This document shows positions 1-13,700 of a stretch of DNA of 64,000 nt, one piece after another (within the stretch, counting starts at the first letter, position 1; every line of letters begins with the position of its first letter). The notes below the pieces were generated by a model. That model was not told the origin of the DNA, searched no databases, and saw nothing but the letters and a program-made list of their open reading frames with translations. The translations under genes and the position numbers were made by a program. This DNA is from Mytilus trossulus (taxonomy: Eukaryota): the NCBI RefSeq assembly GCF_036588685.1, contig NC_086373.1, forward strand, positions 21,886,001-21,950,000. Direction: 5' to 3'.

Positions 1-296
1 AGTAACATGATCAAAATGGTCAATTGACCCCTTAAGGAGTTTTTACCCTTTATAGTCAATTTGTAACAAATTTCATTAATTTGGTAAAATTTTACCAACT
101 ATTTCAAATGTTTCTACTAGGCAAAGGTTATTACAGATATAAATAATTGTAAGCAGCAAGAATGTTCAGTAAAGTAAGATCTACAAACACATCACCATCA
201 CCAAAATACAATTTTGTCATGAATCCATCTGTGTCCTTTGTTTAATATGCACATTGACCAAGGTGAGCGACACAGGCTCTAGAGAGCCTGTAATTT
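1..296 (+). mobile_element. 3' end of a Helentron-associated (HINE/DINE-1-like) non-autonomous element
   Basis: Ends gaccaaggtgagcgacacaggctctagagagcctgtaattt (subterminal repeat plus short hairpin); collinear with the 3' part of the copy at 27513-28115. Confidence 0.65.
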
Positions 297-937
297 AATT
301 TCGTTCAGTTATTTTGAAAGCTGTTTTTGTTATTCATGTAGATATAACAAGTCAATGGCTTACCTATGATTTTATGTTCTTTTACTATGCTGTTACACAA
401 TAACAAACTTGTCCCGGATTAATTTCAACATTTTATTTTATATTTTTTTATTTTCTTAAATATTGAAATAATGAAAAAAAAATTATGAACTTTTATAAGG
501 TTTTTTAAACTTTTTGGCCGTATTTTGCAACATTTTCATATTTCCGGTTTTCAATGTTCTTCAATTTTGTATTGGAATTGGCATTGCAAGTTGAAACCAT
601 CTCACAAGTCCCCTGAAAACAAAACACACGCATGGGATGCCAATAAGCCTGTTATTTTTTAGCATGTTTACAACCGTTCGTTTTTAATTATATATATATT
701 TATTATTTATTTTTTAGGCTTTACGAACTATGTTCCGGCTTAAAACTTGGAAAAAATAAACCCATTAAAACATATTCGGATTTTATTTACAAAAAATGGA
801 TCTAGATTGAATACACAAAAACATATTTGGATCTTATATACATATAATTATAAAAAAAAATTGCTAAAAGTTACAATATTTTGTGAACGTATGTCATTTA
901 CATGCCTACAATTACGTTTAAATGATACAGCTTTTCT

Positions 938-2145
938 TTAGATTGTATAGTCGTTCATTCTGTTACCAGATATTTCTATAGACGACAGAGGTTTTTTGAA
1001 AGTAGTATTTGTCTCGGATGTAGAAAGTCCACCACTTGTTGTTGATGATTCATTTCCCTCTCTTTTTGATTTTTTACATCTTCCAAAGCATACATCAAGA
1101 TGAGCAATTCTATTAAAAGCAGCTTCGAATTTCGTATTGGTAAAATAATAAACAAGCCAGTTTATGGAAGGATGGAGATGTGCCCATACTGTTATGTATA
1201 AATGTACCTCATGGGGGAACGAATCATCTCTGTCTAGTACAATGAGAAGCGCATAAGGAATCCAACATGCAGCAAAAATTATATATATGATGCACAATGT
1301 TTTAGCAAGTCCTATCGAATATGACGCCGTACGTCTTGAACTTGCAGTCTTTGTTTTCTTTCGGGATCTGTTAACTTTCAAAAATATGCTTAGATATGAA
1401 AATCCCACAACAACAACAGGAACCCAAACTAAAGTTACAGAAAACACGACTGTGTATGGATATGTTTCCATTCTATCCCAAATACATTCGAGGCTTTTTC
1501 TATCAAACGAGTGATCACCAATCCCCGCAAAGTTTAATAACACGAGCAACAAACCAACGGAATAAAGACAACAACACATCAATATGCACGTCTTCTTTTT
1601 GAAGATTTTGCAGTATAATTTATTTTGACAGATGTATATATATCTATTAAAACTAAGTAGGGCGATGCTTCCTAATGAGTTGACACATGCTATCGTACAT
1701 CCAAAAGCTATAATCTGACAAAATCCTGGTAGGTTATCAAAGAATTCTTCTCCCTCAAGTTTTCCTGAAAAAGAGGAGACTAACAGTTAAAATTTCTGAC
1801 TATTAAGTATAAATATACAATTTTGTGCTTTTTGAGGTATATTGACAGAAATAAAATACGATAAATAAAAAATATGTTCTTACCAACAATACTAAGGGGA
1901 TCTGCTAATGTGGTAACATACATATCAGATATTGCAAGGTTTGCCATGAAAATACATTCCAATCTGTGCAACTTTTCTGTTGTGAAAATAGTAATTAGAA
2001 TAAGAACATTTCCAAATGTTCCAAACAAAGCGGCTAACACCAGTGTTATCAAGATAGGTATTGCAACGCCTGGTGTCTCGTTAACGAATTGATATCTATC
2101 AAACGAATCGTCTGAATTTGTCAAATTTCCTAACGTTGAATTCAT
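938..2145 (-). CDS. Rhodopsin-class GPCR, melatonin-receptor-like, 2 exons, 362 aa
   Basis: Exon 1 2145-1884 (MNSTLGNLT...GNVLIL...NLAISD...LSIVG), GTAAG donor, 119-nt intron, TTTCAG acceptor, exon 2 1764-938 in phase with the 938..1582 ORF. Motifs: TM1 GN, TM2 LAxxD, TM3 FNRYIYIC (NRY as in melatonin receptors), TM6 CWIP, TM7 HPSINWLVY; N-terminal N-glycosylation sequons. Confidence 0.9.
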
Positions 2146-2500
2146 AATTATGTAAATATATATTGCATAACCTAACTATAAGTTAATGCGCTCTGATCAA
2201 TAGTATAGAATGAACTAGCAAGGAAGTTATTATATTCATCTACATATGAAATGAACGGTAACATTTCCGTATTCTTGTTACTTAAAAGTATTTGTTGGGA
2301 AAACCATACTTTAATATTTACTAAAAAGCAGACTTTGAATCCCGACTTTGAATACGATTGGGCTGAAACAATAATAACGCATACAACTTTCTTTTTTATC
2401 ACATCTTAAAAAAATCATAGAATGCATTGATTGTTGAATAGAATATGTACTATTATGCTTATGCATCTTAAGTAAACCAGACTTATGCAATATCATATAT

Positions 2501-2574
2501 CGAGGGTATCACCAGCCCAGTAGTCTACATTTTGGTGCTGCCATGAATATCAATAATGTGGTCATTTTTATAAA
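2501..2574 (+). mobile_element. Retrozyme fragment, 5' part of a copy split by the 2575-7005 insertion
   Basis: cgagggtatcaccagcccagtagt...ggtcatttttataaa matches the 355-bp unit at about 21692-21765 and resumes at 7006. Confidence 0.85.
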
Positions 2575-4494
2575 GGACAAGGTATGATAAGGGCCGTTTC
2601 TGGCCCCCCTTTTTCCAGATTTTTTAAACTTTGAAGTTGAAACCCATCACGCCTGTGTAATGAACTGCAGTATCTGCTCGTCCATGTAGAACCTTATTTT
2701 TAGGTGATATTTACTCAAATATGTTCAAACTTAGACCTTGAAAAGGCTTAAACGGCGAAAAGTGTAAAAAATCTACAATTTCGTCATGTTCGTAGACAAA
2801 ATTTGACATCAGCGCCAACGTAGACCATCTTGAAATTTTCGACCATCAACTGTACTCTTGTGTATCTTTCACATAATAAAATATCATGGTGGTCTACGTT
2901 GGCGCTCATGTCTAAAAATTTGAAAAATAATCCGATTGTTTACAATTTTGACAAGTCATTATAATACGTCAAAGTGAACGGCACGGGTACGAAATTTTTC
3001 CGGGATCCATAATTGAACAGAATATCACGTACGGATAGTTTTACGTCGTATCCAGTCATCAAGACATGCTACTCTCTTAAAGAAATATGTTGTTCGTGAA
3101 ATTAGACGGTGACCCATATAAATCAAAATAGTCTAACACTGCAGCCAAATACAGAGTAGTGTCCCTTGAAATATGGTGAATAAATTTTTATTAATTTTTA
3201 TTTTCAAATATTCAACGAAATCTTACAAATGAATTTTATAATAAATTCACAATATATTCAAACTCTTTATGTAGTTCTGGAGAAAATCATTTCATCAACA
3301 TTTATATATTTTGCACTTTGAAGTTTTCTATTTAACCATCTACAGAAAAATAGATTTATGTATCATATTTATTTCGTTCAAGTGATTATCGAGAAATGTA
3401 CCGACCGTGCGAGGGCTGAAAAGCCAGTCAAGATCGTTAAACACTTCCATATACATATTATCGTGAGAATATAATGTGGGACTTGAAATGTGCAATTTCC
3501 ATAACTTAGTAGTTACTGGAACAGAGAAATAAGAATATTACAACGACTTGTTGATAGACAAAAATCTTTTAACAGAACTAAACTAATACGTTATGCATCA
3601 GTGCAGTCAGTATTGAATCCAAAGTATGAAATGTAATTATAAACATAATTTCATGTAAAGAGCAGTTGATACTGAAATTAAGTTAACTACGCTTAAATTA
3701 TGTATTTCCAGCCTTTTCATATATATCGGTAAACTAATGATTTTTCTTATGTATGTGTCAGAGCACTCTTTTGACAAGCTGTAATCATAAAATAAAAGTA
3801 CACATGTAGCATTCAATTTAATTGACTCAGATCCTATTTGGATTTTCAAATAAAACATGCTATTATAGCGAATTTTTTTTTAACATATTTTACTTTTAAA
3901 TGTATAGCACGTTCGTTAATTAAGATCTGTCCGTACGTCCATCCATCCATCCGTTCGTTTGTTTCTGTCCGGACATATACGTCTAGCTATCTCCTTAAGT
4001 TTTTGACCTAAAAAGCTTTTTATTTATAATAGAGATGTGTATGTTTACAGGGTTTTGATTTTTTTTTATAAAATTTTCTTTAAATGTCCGGTATTTTGAC
4101 ACATTAACTTTTTGGTACAAGCTATATATATAAAGAGTCGGTTATCCTCCTACAGTTTTTGAGATACAGCTTTAATACCTAATAGGTTTATTGTACACAT
4201 AATTGAAGCATGCATTGCCACCGGATTATTGTTATTCTTCAAATATTCTAAAAATGTCAGGCTTTTGGACTTGGTCAATATTTCTTGCTACTTAAAACAC
4301 AATTAGGGATGTTGTTGAATATTCACCAAAAACGGTAGTTGAACTTGTTTTCCCTCTCACCTGCTATATAAATTATTGAAGGCACAAACTACACTACTAG
4401 TACTACAGTTTAATGTCCTTAATACAATAAATAAGATTTTTTTTAGTAATTTCAAAATTTATTCAATACCGGAAAGGTTAAACTTGGTGACTAC

Positions 4495-4766
4495 TACAGC
4501 CGATATCATTGAGTGTGAAGTCAAAAGTAATATCTTTTTTTTTTTTTGCTTATCAGATGAACCATAAAGTCATTGCTAGGTCAGGTTAACTACCCTCCTT
4601 TAAGAATATACAACTCCAGCAGATTACCAATCTATCTATCTGATGGACTATGATACTTCGAAAGGAGGGTAGTAAACTTGACATAATAATGACTTCACGG
4701 TTCAGCTAACAAGCAAGCTTACCAAATACTTTACCTTTGGCTACACACTCAGTGAAATCGGCTGTA
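4495..4766. mobile_element. Palindromic MITE (about 270 bp), copy 1
   Basis: tacagccgatatcattgagtgtgaagtcaaaag ... ctttggctacacactcagtgaaatcggctgta; long imperfect inverted arms; homologous to 56296-56569. Confidence 0.8.
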
Positions 4767-4854
4767 AATCTTGAAAATTGAAACATTTTGGCTGGACATT
4801 CAGAATGAAAATAATAAATAGATCAACATTGAAAGGAGAAATTAAGGTTGAAAA

Positions 4855-4954
4855 CGAGTGCACCCGCACGAGCGGGGATCAAACTCACAACTTCAGTGTT
4901 GACTGGCTAGTGATTACAGAAGTAACTTATTAAACCACTCGGCCACCGAGACCC
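4855..4954 (-). mobile_element. tRNA-derived SINE 5' head (truncated)
   Basis: Reverse complement gggtctcggTGGCCGAGTGGtttaa...gaGTTTGATCCccgctcgtgcggg gives Pol III A-box and B-box-like motifs, but no valid anticodon arm or cloverleaf. Confidence 0.7.
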
Positions 4955-5527
4955 TTTAATGAAGTATGTCTACGTTTCTAGTCAAATTCAAATATTTTGG
5001 GGTTTCATGAAAGACTACTTACCAATAACTGTTTCATTAAAAAAAAAAGCATAACATTTTGGATAAGATAAGGAGATGTGGTTTGATTGCACATGATTCT
5101 ATAATACACCGGCAATCAATGTGCTAATTTCAGGATATATATCGTAGAAATAAAATATTTGTAGTGAAGCTTGAAGATGTTCATGCCTCTTTCGTCTACA
5201 TATCTTCATGAGTTTTTAACGTCTTAAACCCTGACCTCATCGAAAACTTTGAACTTTGTTTTCAGCATTTCTTTCTTTGAAATATTGTGTTAAGTGTTAA
5301 AAAGTTCACAGTGTACGATTCTTAAGTGACGAACAATGGCATTGTACAGGCTATGCATATTTGCTATACATACTGTATAAATCTGAAACTGAATCTTCAA
5401 TAGCAGTTTTAATCCATCTGAGTTTTTTAATGTACCGGTAATCATCATGTAAATGTGAAATGCTATATTCATAACTTCCACTATTATTCATGAATTATAA
5501 GTGTGCCACTTCTTGTATAACTTTTAA

Positions 5528-5800
5528 GTTTTTAATGCTCCATTTATGGGCATTATGTTTTCTGGTCTGTGCGTCCGTCTGTTCCTTCGTCCGTTAATCC
5601 GTCTGTCCGTCCGTCCGTTCGTCCATCTGTCGCGCTTCAGGTTAAAGTTTTTGGTCGATGTATTTTTTGATGAAGTTGAAGTCCAATCAACTTGAAACTT
5701 AGTACACATGATCCCTATGATATGATCTTTCTAATTTTAATGCCAAATTAGAGATGCTGCCTAATTTTCATGGTTACTATACTGGGGACACATTCTTGTT
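5528..5800 (+). mobile_element. HINE-like element with (GTCC)n microsatellite
   Basis: T-rich start, gtcc/gtct microsatellite, then cgcttcaggttaaagtttttggtc...caacttgaaacttagtacacatg; related copy at about 53505-53750. Confidence 0.55.
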
Positions 5801-7005
5801 TATTTCAACTATTAACTTGTTAATGTTTATACTTACTAATTATTATGTGACAATATAATTTGTATTTATGCTTTTTTTTTTTATTAAACCGACCAATTCC
5901 TTGATAGCTATCTTTTATTTAATACTAAAATTGAGAATGAATCGGGGAATGTGTCAAAGAGAAAACAACCCGACCATAGAGCAGACAACAACTGAAGGCC
6001 ACCAATGGGTCTTCAATGCCGCGAGAAACTTCCACACCCTGAGACATCTTTCAGCTGGCCCCTAAACAAATACGTAAACTAGTTCAGTAATATATGACGT
6101 CATACGAAACTCCGAATTATACACAAGAAACTAAAATTAAAAATCATACAACACTAACAAAGGTCAGAGGCTCCTGACTTAAATGCGGCGGGGTTACACA
6201 ATTTTTTTTAGATCTCAACCCTGTTTTTGGTAACAGCATATGATTTAATATTTACTTCATCAAGATATAATAATGATACCAAAAAACCTACTTCGGTATA
6301 CAAAAAAAAAAAAAAAACATTATGTAATCGTTGCTAAGCACTATATTGGTTGCTAATCTTTTTATCAGCATGATATACAATTGACTTACTTTCATTTCTT
6401 ACTGCTAGATATTCTTGCATGTATTAACCAATCTAACCTGGTTTAACTCTAATTTGTACAATGAAAAATCAAAAGGGTTTTTCTGTAGTTCAATTTGATT
6501 TATATCTTTTTTCGGCTGTTGCTAAGCAACTTTTAGGTTGCTATGGTCATTTCATTTTCTTGAAAAATATAATGATGACTCAAACATGTCAGACATCATA
6601 TATATGAAAGAAAAATCATTTACGGTAGCTAAATCTTTAAATATTGCTATATTCATATCTCATATGGCCGAAATTACACATTTTTTAACCGTTGCTAGGC
6701 AAAATTTTTGTTGCTAGGTTGTTGCTAAGCATTTTTTTAAACTGAAATTGAAGTGACTTTTCATTTGCAAACTCAAGTTATTGTTAAACAAACAATACTA
6801 TTTTAAATTATGCTTATATGTAATGAGAAAGCAATGCATATGTGATAATTTGGCTATTTATTCAAACCGTTGCTAGGCAACCTTCCTTTCACCGGAACAT
6901 AAAAAAATTATAGTTTTGAATAGTTTCTATACTAAGGCTATCAATGATGTATATATAAACTTATTTGGGAAGGGGGCTAAAAACGCCTCTTATCATACCT
7001 TGTCC

Positions 7006-7236
7006 TTTCCTGTTTACAAAACTTTAAAAAAAAAATAAGGATTTTCTTGTCCCAGACATAGATTACCTTAGCCGTATTTGGCACAACTTTTTGGAATTTT
7101 GGATCCTCAATGCTCTTCAATTTTGTACTTGTTAGGATTATAAATATTTTGAAATGAGCGTCACTGATAAGTTTTTTTGTAGACGAAACGCGCGTCTGGC
7201 GTACAAAATAATAAATCTGGTAGCTTTGATAACTAT
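7006..7236 (+). mobile_element. Retrozyme fragment (3' part) with a mutated hammerhead
   Basis: Continues the unit from 2574; gagcgtca-CTGATAA-gttttttgtagac-like stem II-GAAA-cgcgcg-TC-tggcgt at 7156-7202 (core G8 to A). Confidence 0.85.
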
Positions 7237-7748
7237 ATATATGTGGATTATTTTATTTTCGTAGATAACTGTTTTTGTGGAGTGGGGAAAATTTTTCTTT
7301 CGTTGGTGGAAAATTTCGTGGATCGGTTAACATTTACATGCGATATAACGCAAACATTTGCAAATATCTTGTGGTTGCCCTACCCTATTATTTTTTCTTT
7401 ACACATTTGTGGTATGTTAAGTAAATCAAAGTACCACTAAGAAAAATATCAAATGTTTTAAACACATACATGTGGTTTTGTCTTTTTGTCTTGCACAATA
7501 TACTATACACTAGAAAGTGAACTGCACTACCGCGTGTACGAATCAGGGTTTATTTTGAATGGGGTCTTCATTAAAAAAAATTAGAATTATTTTTTACTGC
7601 TTTTTAGTTATACTTTATTCGCTCAATTATTTTCTATATCTTAAAACCCACTACATTTCAAAGTCATGGAAACTGAACACTTTTATTTCATATTTATGAT
7701 AACATGAATTGTCATTCGTAAATTGCAGTTGTTGCATATATATTTTAG

Positions 7749-10700
7749 GTATTATTACTACCGTTTTAGAGAGGACTCAACATCGACGAAATGGTTAATT
7801 GGCTCGATATGTGGAACAACTATTATGGTAAAAAACACTAACAAATATAGAAAATAAAATATAAACCATAAACAGTGGGCAATATATCAATTGCATTGGT
7901 AACTTGGTTAGAGTAAATGAATGCACAGATGACAAACAAAATAAGCATATATTCATATAATGTCGAGGAAAAATTACTTCACCACCAATTAGTCTCCGAC
8001 GGACAGCAGTCTCATAGGCATTCATACCTTTTTCTTATTTATATATACATCAGAGACTGGGCTGTATATAAAAGACAGAATACCAAGAGGATATATGTTT
8101 AGGTATATCACAAGACGAGTAATACAATTCCTAAATGTAAACAAAAATTTCAAAGTTCGTGCTTCAAAAAATCAAGTGTTTAGCCAAAGCCATATCTCGT
8201 GCACATAAAAGACACCCATGTTGTTTTCGGGAAACAGCAGACAAATGCCGCTACAAGGCAGCACTCGCACCCGCAAACTTGAAAAGGATTTATTTCAGTT
8301 GCAATAACTTGTTTCCCAATCCAATTTTTGAAAGAAATTTTTTTTTTGAATTTCTTCATTTTTTTTCTATGATGACTTTTAACATTTCCATGAAGAAATT
8401 GTCTAGATTTCGTGTGATATAAAGTGAGCATGTTGAGAATGTTTTATTTCAGATAATAGTTTTGCTGATATTGCTAATAATGAGAAAAAGAATAGGCTTG
8501 GTGAGTATCCTTTAATGTTGTCTAGCAATATCACGAAGCCCCTACCATATTTTACAAATTGTTTTGTACATCGAGAGTTTTATGAATACCACAAATAGTA
8601 TAAAACGAGAGATAAAACAGTGCGTTCCATTTTCTACTCTAATCAAATATTGTCTTGGTATTATTTGGACAACATTTCAAAATAATTTTGGAATTGTAGT
8701 GCTCCTCAACTTCATTTTTATTTTATGATATCTTTATAATTTTGAATAAAGCCTGATATCTTTTAACACAACAAACATATTAGGTCATGTTTTACATGTT
8801 TCAGAATATCAAAACAAACAAATACATTGTTTATGATTTTATCAAACGTGGATCGCAAAACATTTTGGAAAACATCTGGTGAAATGAAATTCCATGTTAT
8901 GATACATACAACAAAAAGAGATCTGGTGATATTAAAACCAAAAACACACTTTTAGCGTTAACAGATAATTAGTCGTAAGCCAAGTAAAAGAGAGCCGAAA
9001 GATACCAGAGCGAAATTCAAACTCATAGATAAGAGTAAGAGGGGATAATACATAGGAAAATCTCGAACATAATTTGTCTCCTGGTTGTTAATTTGATTAA
9101 TCCTCATATAAAATGTTGTTAAACACTACATACGAAACATATAATTACAAATCGTCTATAAAGCCTCTATTTTGTATGATTGGTATAAATATAAAAAAGA
9201 CAATGAGACAACTATCCACAAAAGACCAAAATGACACAAACATTAACAATTATAGGTCACCGTACGGCCTTCAACAATGAGCAAAGCCCATACCGCATAT
9301 AGTCAGCTATAAAAGGCCCCTATAGTTTGCTAAAAAATTGAAAAAAATGACGAAACATATCAAGGTGATATTCAAAACTCTTAATTAGAAAAAAGAAGAC
9401 AATGAGACAAGTCAAGAATACTAACAAAGCTGGGGTAAAAATATGACAGACAAAGAAAAGACAAAGAAGTTTTGAAAATAATTATTAGAAAACGAAGAAC
9501 TGAATAACACAAACCCCACGAAAAACTGAGGATGTTCATAGGTGCTTCGAAAAGGTGAAAAGAACCACAGATTCAGTGATGTTACAATCATTGAAAGTTG
9601 TTTTGTTTGGTAAATTAATGACTTTTTTTTCTTGTAATTTTCTCATGAACATGCAATGTTGTGAAGACATTTTGTTTATTATTATAGGTAGTAGAACTAT
9701 TTAAAGAAGCTGGAAAAGCAATAAAAGATATGCCACTGCTTATATTTCAACCTATATGGGTATAATTGTATTTTATTAGATGACTGAACATTAAATATTG
9801 GAGTTATATCAAATTCAGAAGAAGAAAAAAACTTGGCACAGATGTCAAACAGTTCATATTGACGTTACATGACCAAGATATGGAAAATTCAATTTAACAT
9901 GTAACGCAATACAAGAACCACACACCAAACAACTATAAACTGATGCACATGCAGTGTGCACAAAGATGTGTTATTTGCAATTACCAGATATAATAAAGAG
10001 CTTAGGTTTTGAGATAAAGAACTAAATTATATATTAGGAATGCTATCATATTTTGTGGTAATTAGAGATCTATAAAAAAGAAGATGTGGTATGATTGCCA
10101 ATGAGACAGCTCTTCACAAGAGACTAAAATGACATAGAAATTAGCAACTATAGGTCATCGTTACGTCGCATAATGAGTATTCTTATAAAACTACATGCAA
10201 TTTAACCACATTACATGATATATAAAGTAAGGAGATGTGATATGATTGCAAATGAGAAAAATGTCCACCAGACAATACATTGTCCGGACGTAGATGTAAG
10301 AATGAATACCGTAACGCATTCAACAATGAGCAAAACACATATCGCATACCAAGATTTAAGAGGCCCCGATATGGCACTATGTAAAACAGTGCAAAACTTT
10401 ATTTATATTTTTATCTGGAGATACAGCAAGAATGCAGATAATAGCACTGGTACATATGATAAATACTTTTAAAATTTTCTGTCTTACGCCGAACTGAGAG
10501 TAACAATGACATACACATAATATTTCTTAATCACGTCATTGGATTATTATTTTTAAATTTAATGATCGTTGAAAATGCTTTCGGATGAATTCAAACATTA
10601 CTACAAAATAGTAATACAATCATAAGATCAAAGGGAAAAATGATAAAACAATATGTTTGCAAATTTCCTTCTTGTGTTTTTGTAGACTTTTGTTTGCCTA

Positions 10701-13700
10701 GTCCTTGAGTTGGTTTGTTTGATATTTTTCTTCAGCTACATACTAACTTCCGGTAAGTGTTCTGACATAATACGGGTTATTATCGGACTTATATTAAAGA
10801 TGTTTGCATTCGCGTATATAGTTTCTCTTTTAATGACATGTTTAGCAAATTTTGGACAGAATGCACTTCCATTTAATTTTTTTTAAAGATTTTTTTATAG
10901 CTAATTTACATAAAAATGTACTCATATTCTTTTCAAATTCTATAGATAATTTTTTTTTCCAGCACACCGAAATGTCTTTTTATAGTTTAATCCTAACAAA
11001 ATGTGTACAATTTTCACCTCCTTGTAGTCTTAAAATCTTGGCGACCTTAAAATTTTATTTCACTCTGAGAGGTTCACCTTTGAATTGTTCAAATAACATT
11101 TAAGGAACTGTACAACAATATTCATATTTGATAATAGAATGCTATGATGTTCTCTTGATCACCCTTTACTTTAACTTATTTTAGAACATCCAGCTGTCAA
11201 TGATTCTACAGGCTTTGTCAGTTTTGAAAAGCATGACATACTTAAGGTAAAGACTCTATAAGAAATGATTAATACATACTTGTAATCATCCAGCTTACAT
11301 ATAGTCAAGATTGTTCTCATTAAATATCATGTCTAATTTACCAACGCCATAAAAGTGGAAAAGTGGAAAAGACTGCATTTTATATAAGGTCTTTTTAGAA
11401 TACAACCAAGAAAATTATTGTATAAACGTATTTAACCGACTCAAATGATAGGGATGGAAATTTATTGACTTTGACTAGTTTTACAATTTGTGCCGAATTC
11501 CCCATTCTTCATACTGTTCATAATCTTGTGTTTTTATTTTCTACCTATGAAATCAAAATAACTGATATATCATAACTTATTTGTCAACAGTATTTGAAAT
11601 GGTACTACCTGCTTGGAAGTATATGGATAGTACAATTTACATTAGCTTGTGACACCATTGTAATATCTGGTGCTGTAAGTCAGTGGTACTTTTCAAGGTA
11701 AGATTCAAAATTTCCCTGTGTTTGATCACAAATGATACTTAAGGTATGTGCTTCCTTATTCTAAAATATTTTACTCTATCTTTTTTTCAACAATAAAATA
11801 AATTGAACAATAAATTTCTAATATATGAAAAATACAGGAACAGAAACGGGGAAGAAAAAATTAATAATCTATCTACGAAATAGAAAATCTTCATTGATAT
11901 TTGAAAAATACAGGAACAAAAATTGAGAAGAAAAAACGAGGAAATAATTGACAGTTATAATCTCTTATAGATCTTTGTACTCTTAATATTTAACGTGCCA
12001 TTTTGATTAAAGGCGGATAAAGAAGTCTTGAATATTATTTAAATATGTGATTAATGTTCTGTTTACGTTTTTTTTTATTTATTTTTTTATTAAAATTGGA
12101 ATAGAACTTTAAGTACTTGAATAAACATTTGACATGTATCCATAGAATCTACCATTTGCACTTTTAATACACATAACCATAGTGGGTACTTTTAAATATA
12201 CCAAAGTATTGAGATATATAAAAAATGATGCAAATGCGATTGAATTTCTTTTGCAGAGACAAGTCACTAGTTCGGTACCCAATAATTAGATCTTTACGAA
12301 TGTTATTACGGTGAGAAATTTTTTATTTAGATCAACGCATACTTTCTAAATGTAAAGAAAGGCCAATATGATGAATTTTGATGGGTACTATTAAATGTTG
12401 ATGTTTATTTTTGCTAATCACTGTTTATATGAACTTAGTGCAAGAATCACTGTTAATTGTTAAAAGAGTGCTTTAAAATATAAGAAAGAACAAGTCAGTA
12501 TAACCTTAAATTGAAACAAAGGAAGACCATTATAAATTATGATACTTTCATTGAGAAATCTCCACAAATATTAGTTATATTGCAAAATCTAGTTCGCCAG
12601 TCGTGTTTTTTTTTATCATCGTGGTATTTTTCTAATTAGAAAATACAAAGAAGTAGAAATACAAAAAGCACATCGAACAACATTTCAGAACAAAATAAAA
12701 AAATACAATTAAAAAACAAAAGGATGTTTAATTGGTACAGCAGTTAAGAAATATCATATATATTTTTACATTTAACTTAATAAAAACGATGCACCATTAA
12801 TAGGATGGAATTAAGTATTTCATCCAACCACATTTCAACACATTTTGAACAATACCTACGTATGCAGTTATCACATGTCACTCTTTTATAGGTATCATCT
12901 TGGATCTGCAGCTCTTGGGTCCTTAATCATCACTATTGTATTTGCATTCAGAGTATTTGTCAATTTTATACATAACAGGTACTTCATTTTTATTTTACAA
13001 CTACTGCATTACTCATGTGTATTAATATATATAAGAAGATGTGGTATGAGTGCAAATAAAACAACTCTCTATCCAAGTCATAATTTGTAAAAGTAAACAC
13101 TTACATGCCAAAGTACGATCTTCAACACAGAGCATTGGTCCATTCCGAACAGCAATCTATAAAGGTTCACCCCAATGACTAGTAAAAATATCTTAAAACG
13201 GAAAAAAACAACGGTCTAAACACGTGTGTCCTGATTAATTTTATACTAGCATATGTGGTGATAAACAGTTTAACAATATTAATTATAAAAAATGATTCTG
13301 TTGGGATCACTGATACTAGTAAACTATTGAAAATGGTAAAAAGCAAAGGAAACACATCGTATGAAAATGATTTTGCATGGTTTATTTAAAACAAATAAAC
13401 CAAAGTTTTTAGTTGACAACAATGATACAGCAACCCTACGACCTAAAATACTTTCAAGGTAAATTACAGATCATTACTAATTTGGGTTTACACCATTAGT
13501 ACAGCAAACTTACGACACAAATAATTTCCAGACATATAAGCAGAACTACCATATATATAGATGTCTGTACAATATAACAATTAGCTTTTAATTTTCTCAA
13601 GTTGTAAACGTTGTAAATGAATTAACAGAAACCATCAGCTACCACGCATCCCATATTGCATGATAGGACCCAATTATATTATGATAATTTTATCCCATGT

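Larger units (their letters stand above)
2575..7005. mobile_element. 4.43-kb TIR DNA transposon, Spy-like (AAA|TTT target, no TSD), non-autonomous, with nested insertions
   Basis: Left end ggacaaggtatgataagggccgtttctggccccc; reverse complement of right end ggacaaggtatgataagaggcgtttttagccccc (17 bp perfect, about 33 bp imperfect). Flanks tataaa|...|tttcctg rejoin to the retrozyme sequence with no extra bases. No transposase ORF seen. Confidence 0.8.

Noticed and set aside
4855-4954. tRNA gene
   Set aside because: A and B boxes are present but there is no cloverleaf; better explained as a SINE head.
7340-7417. Candidate upstream CTL exon ending TG|gtatgt at about 7411
   Set aside because: The phase fits, but there is no good acceptor and the translation does not resemble the expected CTL1 transmembrane segment.
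8159-8431. Overlapping 87-aa and 83-aa ORFs in a GC-richer patch
   Set aside because: Intronic, no recognisable motif; probably a repeat fragment.
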